Origin: Eledone cirrhosa
Taxonomy: Eukaryota
Assembly (NCBI GenBank): GCA_964016885.1
Contig: OZ024745.1
Coordinates: 23,250,001 to 23,314,000 of the forward strand
Direction of reading: 5' to 3'
DNA: 64,000 nt
Made by a program: the position numbers and the translations under genes. Below the pieces are notes generated by a model, which saw nothing but the letters and a program-made list of their open reading frames with translations, was not told the DNA's origin and did not search any database. Position 1 is the first letter of the stretch. Each line of letters opens with the position of its first letter. Shown piece after piece: positions 38,996 through 51,189 of this stretch.

Positions 38996-39084
38996 TTTTA
39001 AAATGAGATGTCGAACCGGTTCGAAAATTCATTCAAGTTATTCATCATTATTTTTTTTTTTTTTTTCATTTTACAGGGGAAATA

Positions 39085-39485
39085 CGTTTCTGCTATATGG
39101 ATGTACAGCATAGATTCTAAGAAAGCGTCTTGAAAAGAAAATTGACGGAGCTTATATAAGAATGCTTGAAGCTGCTCTGGACATCTGGAGACAGCACCCT
39201 ACGAATGAACTTCTCCGTGGAAATGTATCACAAATATCCCACCTCATTAAAGAAAGAAGAACAAGATTCACTGGACATTGTTGGAGAAGAAAGCATGAAA
39301 TCATCAGCGATGTTCTTCTTTGGGAACTGAAGTATGGGTACGCAAATGTTGGTAAAACACATCGAACCTATATGCGAGGATTCTGAACGCAGCCAAGAGG
39401 TACCACGAGCGATACCAGACCGAACAGATAGGTGAGAACGAGTCATGGTGATCCGTGCAATAAGCACGCCTGGATAATGATGAGG
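39085..39485 (+). pseudogene. RTE-clade LINE C-terminal fragment
   Basis: LLYGCTA*..LEKKIDGAYIRMLEAAL..HPTNELL..IKERRTRFTGHCWR..VLLWE; ends in a GAT-type tail. Confidence 0.75.
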
Positions 39486-39845
39486 GTTACATATCTATAT
39501 ACTAAAAATGTATAAATTTATATACACACACACGCAGTCATTGTTACTTCTCTAATATATATATAAAACGTTGAAAGAGATAGGTTAAACAATGCAAAAT
39601 GGACTGTAAGACGATGTATATATATATATATATTATATATATATATAGATAAATCTACCAAAAGTTTACGGTAGTGTCCAATCCGTATGAAGAACTCAAT
39701 GTAATCCGGATATCATGAAAAGAGAAGATGCATTCAAAAACTACTTTCAGTGAAAAATACTCACTATCTCCTGATTAGTCAATTCAAAACCTGATCCCAA
39801 ACAGACCTGTTGTATTGAATCTTTGTTATTTTCAATAAACAAATA

Positions 39846-39987
39846 TCATTATTTCTGAAGACAGCATATATATGTGTAGGTATGTATATTCCCTCTGATA
39901 GTTTGTATAAATATTGTACATAGATCTATAGAATATGCATACCAACTCTAACACATATATATCCTAGAAACGATCGTAAAATGATGA
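39846..39987 (+). ncRNA. Type I hammerhead with a long stem II
   Basis: TCATTATTT-CTGAAGA(39855-39861)-..ATATATGTGT..ACACATATAT..-GAAA(39967)-CGATCG-TA-AAATGATGA; 9-bp stem I and palindromic stem III. Confidence 0.75.
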
Positions 39988-40131
39988 ATTTTTTTTAATA
40001 TAAGGAACTGTTTCTTTGTTTATTCATTATTTTATTAATTTATATATATATATATTTTTTCCTTCTGTTGTTTACTTGTCTCACTCGCTTTACGCGTTTC
40101 ACTTGTCCCAATAGCTTATTTTAGTTATTGC

Positions 40132-40203
40132 TCGCACCAACCTGAGGTATCTGATTTTTAATGCGATGAAATACCAATCTGTGGTTGGCAAATCACTGAT
40201 GAG
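40132..40203 (+). ncRNA. Putative non-circularly permuted hammerhead ribozyme, copy 3 (best preserved)
   Basis: TCGCA-CCAACC-TGA-GGTAT-C-TGATTT-TTAA-TGCGA-T-GAAATACC-AATCTGT-GGTTGG-C-AAATCA-CTGATGA-G; all four helices pair perfectly; predicted cleavage after AUC at 40151. Confidence 0.7.
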
Positions 40204-40262
40204 GGACTAATTTTATAATATGTAATCCATCTGCAACCATGCAGTATTCTTCTCCCCTTGTT

Positions 40263-40300
<38 letters not shown>

Positions 40301-40442
40301 ATATATATAGAGAGAGAGAGAGAGGGAGAAAGAGAGAGAGAGAGAGAGTTGGACTGCTTAATTGATTGATTCTGTATATTGGCGTTACATTTATCGCCAT
40401 AGAAATAATTATAGAAATTAAAGATGGATTTTAAATAACAAT

Positions 40443-40538
<96 letters not shown>

Positions 40539-40540
<2 letters not shown>

Positions 40541-41165
40541 TAGCCGAATTACCCGCGCCTTGCTGCGTTTCATACATTTTTTTTTTGTAAGAAAATGATG
40601 ATTGATTTTAAATCAGTGATATAATTTATGGAGAAAAACTCAGCATTTCAATATTACTGAATGTAAAATGTAATGCATGAAAAATTGGAAAACATTATAT
40701 TTTGTAATATATCAAATCAAAATAACGTTATTAAATCTTATTCTTATTTTGTTTCATGTAAATAATTTTTTTCAAAATATCAATTCAAAACTTTTGTGTA
40801 TATGCATCATATCTTGTCATTTACCTATGGTTTAAATTTCATATAAATCTAAGGGAAAATTTTTTTAGCGGGGCTTTGTGCCCCGGGGAACTCTAGTAGG
40901 GGGTTTAACCCTCATTAGGGTGTCTTAATATTATTGAAATTTGTTGAGATTTTGTGAATAGGCATCATATCTTGTCAATAACCTATGGTTTAAATTTTAT
41001 ATAAATCGAAGGGAAAAAGATTTTTAGCGGGGGTTTGTGCCCCCGGGGAACCCTGTGCAATGTAGTTTCAGAATATATATGGTTATGGGGGTCTATCTCT
41101 AAAACCAAAGGAGGAGTTCGTGAACAAACAAAAAAACAGACAGGAACTACAACTTTATATATATA
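40539..41165 (-). mobile_element. Non-autonomous Helitron-like element
   Basis: Minus 3' end CGCAGCAAGGCGCG..GGCTAG in (TA)n; internal duplication 40805-40890 / 40962-41050; TATATAAAG-type 5' end. Confidence 0.6.
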
Positions 41166-41290
41166 TATATCTATATATATAAAACTGTTGTGTGTGTGTG
41201 TGTTGTGTATCTGTCTGTATGTCTGCATAACGACATTCTGACGAACACGTGACGAACACGTCAGTGCTGACGTATTATCTTCGCTACATT

Positions 41291-41324
<34 letters not shown>

Positions 41325-41382
41325 CATATATACTTATATACATATATAATATATATACACATATATACACACATATACATAT

Positions 41383-44300
41383 AGCGGAAAGGTAGGTCTC
41401 TACACTCTCCTTTGGCTCTGCCGCCCACATGGATGTGTTAAGAGTAGGATGTTTGAATGCACGTGGCCTGGGCTCAACTTGGAAGCAAGCAAAGCTTCTA
41501 AATGACCTCAGGTCATGTAGTATAAATGTAATGGTTATCTGTGAGACTCGAATCAGCGTCATGCGGCAGCTGGCCCCCACCTTCGATGACTTTGAGGTGC
41601 ATGCATCTCTCTGTCAACCTGGAGGTGGGGGTGGGGTTGTCGTGCTGATGCAAAAACACCTGGGTCTTGCCGTACAGGTTGTGCACTCGGACCCGGAGGG
41701 TCGTTTGTTGGTGCTAGACGTTGGCAGTAGTGAAAGTGCGGCCTTGAGACTGGTCGCCGTCTACTCCCCTTTCGGAGCTGAACGGCCCGACTTCTTCCAG
41801 CGTTTGGAGACTTTTCTGGGAACGTCGCGTTCCCTGCTTCTAGCGGGGGATTGGAATGACATCCTAGATGCACGTTGGGACTATGCAGGAGCATGTCCTA
41901 ATAGAGGGGGGTGTAACAGCCTCAAGGGGTTACTCGACCGTTTTAACTTGGTCGATAGATATCGACTAGATTTTCCAACTGTGCCTACCTGGACTTGGAG
42001 AAACCACAGTGGTCAATCTAGATCGTACTTAGATAGATTCTTAGTTAGAAGTAAGGATAGGGACATATTAAGCTGTCCAGAAATGCGCACGGTTGGCTAC
42101 ACGGATCACAAATTAGTGACCTGCGTGGTCAATCTCGAGAAAACACATAGACAGGGTCCCGGTTACTGGAAACTTAATTTGTCTTTACCGGCAAAAGAGA
42201 CTTACAGAAACCGGATTAGCAGATTAGTTAAGGAGAGGTTGACGGGTGCAATCGTCAACAACCGATGGTGGGCATCTCTCAAAAGAGAGATTAGAACAGA
42301 ATCAATAAGTTATAGCAAGATGTTAGCTGCCAATAGGAATAGAAACGAGAAAGAATTAACAGGTAAATTAGAAGAGGCAATCAAGAGCGAAGATGTGGCC
42401 AGAGTGCTGGCATCGAGGACGGCCTTGAACCAGTTTTTCGATGCAAAGCATGAAGGCTGCGTCATTCGAAGTAAAATACGTGCTCTAGGTAATGAGGGGG
42501 CCAAAGCCGTTGGATGGGCCCGCGTGACAGAAGCTAAAAGTGGAAATCGATCCACCATCCGGTCGTTGCAAGACGAAGATGGACGAGTGATCCGGGAGCC
42601 TAAGCAGATGTGCGAGGCCTTTCAAAAGCACTTTGCCCGATTGTTCGGGGGAGGCGAGGGTCCGGGCCGGGGCGTGGATTTCGGTCCATACCTCGACGGC
42701 CTGCCGCGTCTCTCGAACAAAGAGGCGGAGTCCTGCGAGGGACCAATCTCGGCTGATGAGATCGGAGATGCGCTGAGCCAATGCAGCAGACGCAAATCTC
42801 CAGGTCTCGATGGTATACCTTACGAACTTTATTTAGCAATGCCGGTCTTCTTCTCCGAACTCCTCGAAGCGGTCTACTGCAATTGGCAGCAGAACGGGAG
42901 AATTCCTTGTTCTGTAGCCAAGGGCGTAGTCACGCTGGTGAGGAAGGACGAGAACAAGGGGGATAGTATAAATAATTTTCGGCCCATAACCCTGCTAAAC
43001 ACAGAGTTAAAGATTTTGGCCAAGGTGTTAGCAAAGAGGTTGGCGCTTGTCGTGGGTGGCCTGGTGGGAGATGCGCAGACATGTGCTATCCCATCCAGGT
43101 CCATCCACGATAACCTCCACCTCATGCGATACATCATAGAGAGGGTTGGCAACAAACCCGGCTTCGGTGGGGCCCTGATCAACTTGGATCAGTCTAAGGC
43201 CTTCGATAGGGTCGACCATGGTTACCTGGATGCGGTGCTAGCGGCGGCTGGGTTCGGTCCTGTTTTCAGAGGCTGGATCACTGCCCTACATAGCAACCAC
43301 ATCTGTTCTAGGATCAAGGTGAACGGCTACCTTTCGAAGCCGTTCGAAATCACACGATCCATTCGACAGGGGTGCCCTCTCTCCTCCCTTCTGTACGTAT
43401 TGACTCTCGAGCCTTTACTGAGGAAGTTGGAGTTGTTGCAGGGTATCCCCCTGGAACCAGGATTGAGCAAAGCGGTGTCGGCCTACGCCGATGACGTAAC
43501 AGTAATGGTATCAACCGACTCGGAGATCGAGGCGATCGGTACCTTACTGGAGGAGTACGAAAGGTTGTCAGGAGCGAAACTGAACCGGGAAAAATCCATC
43601 GGGCTGCAACTCGGAACGTGGAGAGGCAGACCGATGCCTCCCGATGGTGTCGTCGGACACTGGACGGAGGGCCCGGTAAAGTTGCTTGGGGTCTGGTTTG
43701 GACCGGACCTCCAGGTGGAAAAGAACTGGAACGAGGTTACGAACAAGGTGTTTGCACTAACCCAGAAATGGGCCAAGTGTAAGCTGTCCCTAAAAGGCCG
43801 GGCGGAGGTGGCGAACATTTACATAGCGTCCGTCACTTACTACCGCCTGACTGTCGTGCCTTGCCCTAAGGAAACACTCACCACCATGGAACGCATGCTC
43901 TTCCAATTTCTTTGGAAGAAGCGTCCTCCTATGGTGAGAAGATCCATCTGCTGCCAACAACCTTCGAAAGGAGGGCTGGGGATGCCGTGGTTGATGATGC
44001 GTAGGCACGCATTAAGGCTACGGCACCTACAGGTATTCCTCACTGGTCAACCGGTGTGGGCTCCGTTCGTGAAACGAGCCTTTCCGAGACTCGTCTCACT
44101 CACCGAGCTACAGTCCTGGGTCAAGCAAAGATCCGGAAAACTGGGAGACTGGCACACTGAGTGTGCTCAGGCGCTCAGGGCTCTCTGGCAAGCGGGCCGG
44201 GCCATCGGTGGAGAATCCACCTCATCATTCTATAGAGGGCTGGTGGCTAGCAGGGGCGATGACACCCTTGGAGAGTCGCTGGACATGGAAGAAGACGAAC

Positions 44301-45085
44301 TGGCCAGCCTGTTCGGTAGGACTTTCGGCCCAGGACCAATGGACAACTTCCAGAAGTCACTGGCCTGGCAGTGCTACCGAGGGGCTCTACCCGTTCGAGA
44401 GAGGCTCTACAGACACGGGCGCCCGGGCAGGGATCCCTCAAAAAAGATTTGCCCTAGATGCGTGCGTCACGAAGAAACCGTGGCGCACGCATTGGTGCAA
44501 TGTCCGGGCGTGGCTGATCTGTGGGGCTACGCCGAACAACTGCTGTCGCGGGTGGCGCCGATTAAATTGACAGCCGAGTCCGTGATGACAATCAAACCGC
44601 CTCCCCTCTTCACAAAGGAAGCAAAGGCGGTTTTTCTGTGCGTAATAGCCATGTTGAAAGAGGTTGTTTGGTGGACACGATTGAAAGGTCTGAGGTCAGG
44701 CAACTTCCTCTCTGGCCATAGTCTGGTCTACTTCTTCCGATATCACTTCGGAAGAAGGATAAGAATGGAGAGAGAGGTGCTTGGCCACAGGCAGTTTTAT
44801 GAAAGGTGGGTGATAGTGGCGAGAATGGCTCGTGTAAATGGGCCTTCTCTGTATACCATCCTGTAGGTAAAGAAGTAAAGGAGAGGGGAGCACCTTCTCC
44901 ATGTGCTCCCCGGGCAAAGGATTGCACACTTTTTCGGGGGTGTGTGCAACCCCCATCACGTCCCCTCCCTTTTGAGGTTATTTTCGATTATTTTCATGTT
45001 ACACCCTTTTTACTCGATTATATGTAAACTCCCCCTTTGTATTTGTCCCTTCTTTTTATGCCTTTATGGTAAATAAAGAAATCTA
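41383..45085 (+). mobile_element. L1/Tx1-clade non-LTR retrotransposon lacking ORF1 (probably 5'-truncated)
   Basis: Sharp GC-content boundaries against microsatellite flanks; ORF2, then a ~210-nt 3' UTR with AATAAA at ~45072 and an ATCT/AT tail. Confidence 0.9.
41429..44866 (+). CDS. LINE ORF2p: APE endonuclease, reverse transcriptase and C-terminal zinc knuckle (Tx1-like)
   Basis: EN motifs LNARGL, CET, VYSP, GDWN, YLDRFL, TDH. RT motifs KSPGLDG, FRPITLLN, LDQSKAFDRV, IRQGCPLS, YADD, LGV. C-terminal CPRC..ETVAHALVQC. Uninterrupted 1145 aa. Confidence 0.95.
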   Translation: MDVLRVGCLNARGLGSTWKQAKLLNDLRSCSINVMVICETRISVMRQLAPTFDDFEVHASLCQPGGGGGVVVLMQKHLGLAVQVVHSDPEGRLLVLDVGSSESAALRLVAVYSPFGAERPDFFQRLETFLGTSRSLLLAGDWNDILDARWDYAGACPNRGGCNSLKGLLDRFNLVDRYRLDFPTVPTWTWRNHSGQSRSYLDRFLVRSKDRDILSCPEMRTVGYTDHKLVTCVVNLEKTHRQGPGYWKLNLSLPAKETYRNRISRLVKERLTGAIVNNRWWASLKREIRTESISYSKMLAANRNRNEKELTGKLEEAIKSEDVARVLASRTALNQFFDAKHEGCVIRSKIRALGNEGAKAVGWARVTEAKSGNRSTIRSLQDEDGRVIREPKQMCEAFQKHFARLFGGGEGPGRGVDFGPYLDGLPRLSNKEAESCEGPISADEIGDALSQCSRRKSPGLDGIPYELYLAMPVFFSELLEAVYCNWQQNGRIPCSVAKGVVTLVRKDENKGDSINNFRPITLLNTELKILAKVLAKRLALVVGGLVGDAQTCAIPSRSIHDNLHLMRYIIERVGNKPGFGGALINLDQSKAFDRVDHGYLDAVLAAAGFGPVFRGWITALHSNHICSRIKVNGYLSKPFEITRSIRQGCPLSSLLYVLTLEPLLRKLELLQGIPLEPGLSKAVSAYADDVTVMVSTDSEIEAIGTLLEEYERLSGAKLNREKSIGLQLGTWRGRPMPPDGVVGHWTEGPVKLLGVWFGPDLQVEKNWNEVTNKVFALTQKWAKCKLSLKGRAEVANIYIASVTYYRLTVVPCPKETLTTMERMLFQFLWKKRPPMVRRSICCQQPSKGGLGMPWLMMRRHALRLRHLQVFLTGQPVWAPFVKRAFPRLVSLTELQSWVKQRSGKLGDWHTECAQALRALWQAGRAIGGESTSSFYRGLVASRGDDTLGESLDMEEDELASLFGRTFGPGPMDNFQKSLAWQCYRGALPVRERLYRHGRPGRDPSKKICPRCVRHEETVAHALVQCPGVADLWGYAEQLLSRVAPIKLTAESVMTIKPPPLFTKEAKAVFLCVIAMLKEVVWWTRLKGLRSGNFLSGHSLVYFFRYHFGRRIRMEREVLGHRQFYERWVIVARMARVNGPSLYTIL

Positions 45086-45097
45086 TCTATATATATA

Positions 45098-45920
45098 AAT
45101 TACACAATAATCAAAGCTATGTTCAAATCATTTTATTGCTGACAATCGTTTCTTCTAAACTTTCGTTTGGAATCATCGGAGCACTAGTAATGTTTGTACA
45201 TATAAATAACCTCGTACTCAACTGAACAATCATATGGATACATGGATATTAATGTTGTCAACAACATCCTCCATAAACTCATAATTTTAATACACAAACA
45301 TCTTAGCCTGCTTGATATGCTTGTAAACCTATGTTATTTCATGTGATACCTTTGCCATACAATAATTATATATGCCTAGTACCATTGCTTGTTTTCTTCC
45401 TGTATATGCCTAACGCATTTGCACTGTCTATACACTTACATATGTACTGCTAGTGTCCTCGTTTTACGAGTAACTTTCTGTCTTAATGCCTCTTTAATTA
45501 TTATACTATTCCCTTGTAATCTCTGTCGCATGCATTCAACTCTGTGCCATTTTAATTTTTAATTTTTAATTTTAATTATTGTACAATTCTCTTGTAATCT
45601 ATGTCGCATCCATTCGACTTTGTAAATACGAAACTGTTGTTGATAACATTAATATCCATGTATCTATATGATTGTTCAGTTGAATAGGAGGTTAATTATA
45701 TGTACAAACATTGCTAGTGCTCTGATGAATCCAAACAAAAGTTTGGAAGAAACGATTGTCAGCAATAAAATGATTTGAACATAGCTTTGATTATTGTATA
45801 ATTTATATTCCTGTTCTGTAAAGCATCTCATTAAGTTATTTTTCTTACTGGTAATAAGGTAGTAATGAATTACTGACCTTTCCTGTTTATAGTTGTATAT
45901 AGTGCATACATAACTATAAA
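45098..45920. mobile_element. PLE terminus with ~165-bp diverged inverted arms, each with an HHR (45137-45183 minus, core CCGATGA; 45718-45764 plus)
   Basis: TGCT-CTGATGA-ATCCAAAC-AAAA-GTTTGGAA-GAAA-CGATTG-TC-AGCA; related to 51960-52330. Confidence 0.8.
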
Positions 45921-45950
45921 CAATATTATTATTATCTCTCTCTCTCTCTC

Positions 45951-46055
<105 letters not shown>

Positions 46056-46105
46056 CATACACACACATACATACACACACACATATATGCATACATACAC
46101 ACACG

Positions 46106-46138
<33 letters not shown>

Positions 46139-46248
46139 GTATCTGTGTGTATATATATATATATATATATATACATATACAAACACATATATATATATAC
46201 ACATATACATATATATAAATATACACATACAAATATATGTATATATAT

Positions 46249-46288
<40 letters not shown>

Positions 46289-46296
46289 GCATACAT

Positions 46297-46327
<31 letters not shown>

Positions 46328-46342
46328 AGCATACATACACAC

Positions 46343-46375
<33 letters not shown>

Positions 46376-47069
46376 CACACACACACACAGATACATTGTA
46401 GATCGCTTTAACCCGTTTTTTATTATTCAAAAAACTTCTTGCCAATAAACTTTAACCCTTTCTGCGCCATTCATCTAACTGTAGACCAACAAATACCAAG
46501 TAAACGGAGCGTTGACAAGAACGATGGCGAATGACTCTTCGAGGTAAGCAGTTTCCTCCCGAGCTGTTAGTTCACGCGGGATTCTCTGCTACACCTTTTC
46601 GTAATAATACCGAACAACATACTGCTGGTCACTCCTTCCTCCAAAAGCCGTACAAAGCGGACATGTGCATCAGGCAGATGGATCGGGTGCAAATCTACAC
46701 CAGACCTACGCGAGAAATTCGCAACGGACTGCACCGAGAGGGATAGAGAGAAAGGGAAACTTAGTGGAAAGAGTGCGGATGAACTTTTGAGGTAAGTAGC
46801 CTACACCTTACTGCTATGACACTGGAACCTTCTGCCAACTTAACCTGTGACTTTCTCTTTCACATTTACTCCAATAGGACAAAACAAAGGAGTATGAAAA
46901 GAAGGGGCTCAACAATATTTCTATGAACAATGCACGTAGACAGCTAAACTGTACTTTCAACTTCTTAATTTTCTCCAAATAAAACAAGTTTCCTGTCGGT
47001 ATATTTTCGTGAGTTTTTAACAGACACTCACAAATAAACGTTTCTCATTGGAGGTGCTATTACCAATGT

Positions 47070-47103
47070 TCTTAGCCATGCAACGCCGGGATACACTGCT
47101 AGT
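47070..47103 (+). mobile_element. Helitron-like 3' terminus
   Basis: CCATGCAACGCCGGG..TGCTAG followed by (TA)n; same terminus type as 16305 and 49525. Confidence 0.55.
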
Positions 47104-47201
47104 ATATATATATATATATATATATACGCACTCTACTACCCTAAGTATTGAGTACTCTGGTGCGTTATGGTCCATCTGGTTCCTTACTACAACTCCTTCG
47201 T

Positions 47202-47232
<31 letters not shown>

Positions 47233-47328
47233 TCTGCGGTGTTGAGACGAGGGGACTACAAATTGTGTGAGTACTCGACTTGCTGAACATACAAGCCGAG
47301 ACCGATTGGTGCCGCGGTCGAGACTCCA

Positions 47329-48582
<1,254 letters not shown>

Positions 48583-48584
48583 AT

Positions 48585-48597
48585 ATATATATATAAA

Positions 48598-48631
<34 letters not shown>

Positions 48632-49051
48632 ACTTCCTAAAACTCGATAACCACCAAACCGATTGTTTTCAAAATTTACACATGCAATACTTAAGGTCCT
48701 GTGATTGTTTTGAGCAAAAAATATTTCAAATTTTCAATGCCCTAGGGACCGCATTAGGTGATTTAGCGATCTCTCTCTATAATTCTTAGTCTTTCTTTTT
48801 AGATAGATACATAGATATAACGCTGCGCCCTTATAATACCTGTCTGCATTAAGATATTATGACGTCGCTATCTGAGTGTATGTGTGTGTGTATATATGTA
48901 TATATAGTGTGTGTGTGTATATATATATAGTGTGTAACATTTTCCGAAATATTTACTTCTGCGTTCACAGATTGATTCTTTTAGTTTCAGAAGATCCCGT
49001 TAACGGTGAAAGCAGCGATTCTTTGCTTAAACTTTAATCTGTTATTTTATT

Positions 49052-49090
<39 letters not shown>

Positions 49091-49270
49091 TAAAATAACA
49101 GATTAAAGTTTAAGCAAAGAATCGCTGCTTTCACCCTTAACGGGATCTTCTGATTGCTTAAACTTTAATCTGTTATTTTAATAAATATTTGCTCTACCGT
49201 TCTTATATATTTGATATATATTTTCCTTATCGAGCCCTCTTTGGATTTTAGTCTTCAATTTTATTATTAT

Positions 49271-49307
<37 letters not shown>

Positions 49308-49553
49308 TAACAGATTATGTCCCAAGGCTCTGATACCATCAACACCATAAACACAGAGCTGACATATCTAAGAACTGACTAACTGCCTGATGAGGTCATA
49401 GACATTCAATGGCTATCATCGAAATATATATTGCAGTAAATACAGGATTTTGAGTTCATGCAATTGACTTATGTTTCGTCACTATACATATATATATCAA
49501 ATATATAAGAACCCTAGAGCAAATCCCGAGCAACGCCGGGCCATTCTACTAGT
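48585..49553 (+). mobile_element. Helitron-like element (or juxtaposed ends) enclosing PLE/HHR fragments
   Basis: 5' TATATAAAACAGAG-(CTGT)n..AAACCGATT..; 3' CCCGAGCAACGCCGGG..ACTAG. Confidence 0.55.
49382..49437 (+). ncRNA. Minimal type I hammerhead
   Basis: ACTGC-CTGATGA-GGT..ATC-GAAA-TATATA-TT-GCAGT. Confidence 0.7.
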
Positions 49554-49699
49554 ATATATATATATATAAAGAGAGAGAGGGGGGTGGAGAAAGAGTGTGT
49601 GTGTGTTGATGATCATGTTGATGTTGTTGGTGATGATTATAATGGTGATGATGATGATCTTTATAACTTGAAAACAGCGTTATTTGTCTAGTTGTTGCT

Positions 49700-51145
49700 G
49701 TGTGGGTGTTGGCAGTGGTGGTGCTGGTAGCGGTGATGTTTGTGTTGGTGTTAGACTTTGGAGGAGGATGTAATGGTGTCGGGGTGGGAGTGGCGATGTG
49801 ATAGTGGTGTTTGTAGTGATGGTGGCGGCGGGGAAGATGATAGTGGCGCTACTGGTGATGGGTTGATGGTGTTGGTGGCGGTTGGGGAAGACAGTGGTGT
49901 TACTAGTGATGGTGGTGAAGGAGAGGGTGGTGTTGTAATGGTTTGATGGTTGGCAGCTAGACGAAGGAGTGGTACTGAAAGTAGAAGCGTCAGTTCATTA
50001 GTAGACATGGTGGTGGTGGTGTTGGAGTTGGTAGTTGTGGTGGTGGTGGTAGTGGTGGTAGTGGTGGTAGTGGTAGTGGTAGCGGTGTTGGTAGTTGTGG
50101 TAGTGGTGGTAGTGGTAGTGGTAGTGGTGTTGGTAGTTGTGGTGGTGGTGGTGGTGGTGGTAGTGGTGTTGGTGTTGGTAGTTGTGGTGGTGGTGGTAGT
50201 GGTAGTGGTGGAGGTGGAAGTGGTGGTGGTGGTGGTAGTGGTGGTAGTGGTGTTGGTGTTGGTAGTTGTGGTGGTGGTGGTGGTAGTGATGGTAGTGGTG
50301 GTGGTAGTGGTAGTGGTGTTGGTGTTGGTACTGGTAGTGGTGGTGGTGGTGGTGGTTATGGTGGTGGAGGTGATTTTGGTGGTTGTGGTGGTAGTGGTTG
50401 ATAGTGGTGTTGGTGGTTGTGGGTTTTGGTGGTTGTGGTGGTAGTGGTGTTGGTGTTGGTAGTTATGGTGGTGGTGGTGGTGATAGTGGTGGTGGTAGTG
50501 GTAGTGATAGTGGTAGTGGTAGTGGTGATGGTAGGGGTGGTAGTGGTAGTGATAGTGGTAGTGGTAGTTGTGGTGGTGGTGGTAGTTGTGGTGGTGGTGG
50601 TGGTGGTGGTAGTGATGGTAGTGGTGTTGGTGTTGGTAGTTGTGGTGGTGGTGGTGGTAGTGATGGTAGTGGTGGTGGTGGTGGTAGTGGTGTTGGTGTT
50701 GGTACTGGTAGTGGTGGCGGTGGTGGTGGTCATGGTGGTGGAGGTGGTTTTGGTGGTTGTGGTGGTAGTGGTTGATAGTGGTGTTGGTGGTTGTGGGTTT
50801 TGGTGGTTGTGGTGGTAGTGGTGTTGGTGTTGGAAGTTATGGTGGTGGTGGTGGTGGTGGTGGTGGTGGTGATAGTGGTGGTGGTAGTGGTAGTGATAGT
50901 GGTAGTGGTAGTGGTGATGGTAGTGGTGGTAGTGGTAGTGATAGTGTTAGTGGTAGTTGTGGTGGTGGTGGTGATAGTGGTGTTGGTAGTGGTGGTGGTA
51001 GTGTTAGTGGTGATAGTGGTGGTGGTAGTGGTGGTGGTGGTGGTGATGGTAGTGATAGTGGTGGTGGTAGTGGTGGTGGTGATGGTAGTGATAATGGTGG
51101 TGGTAGTGGTGGTGGTGGTGGTGGTGATGGTAGTGGTTGTGGTTA
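49700..51145. repeat. (GGT/AGT)n degenerate trinucleotide array with an internal ~374-bp duplication
   Basis: The block TTGATAGTGGTGTTGGTGGTTGTGGGTTTTGG occurs at ~50398 and ~50772. Confidence 0.9.
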
Positions 51146-51189
51146 GAAATATTAGCATTTACATTTACTCAACATACATACATATATAT

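Noticed and set aside
39060-39080. Strong splice acceptor in front of the RTE fragment (exonisation)
   Set aside because: The RTE-like frame downstream has an early stop; this cannot be supported without transcripts.
41559-45027. Overlapping and antisense ORFs inside the LINE
   Set aside because: These are expected shadows of a GC-rich coding region and show no motifs.
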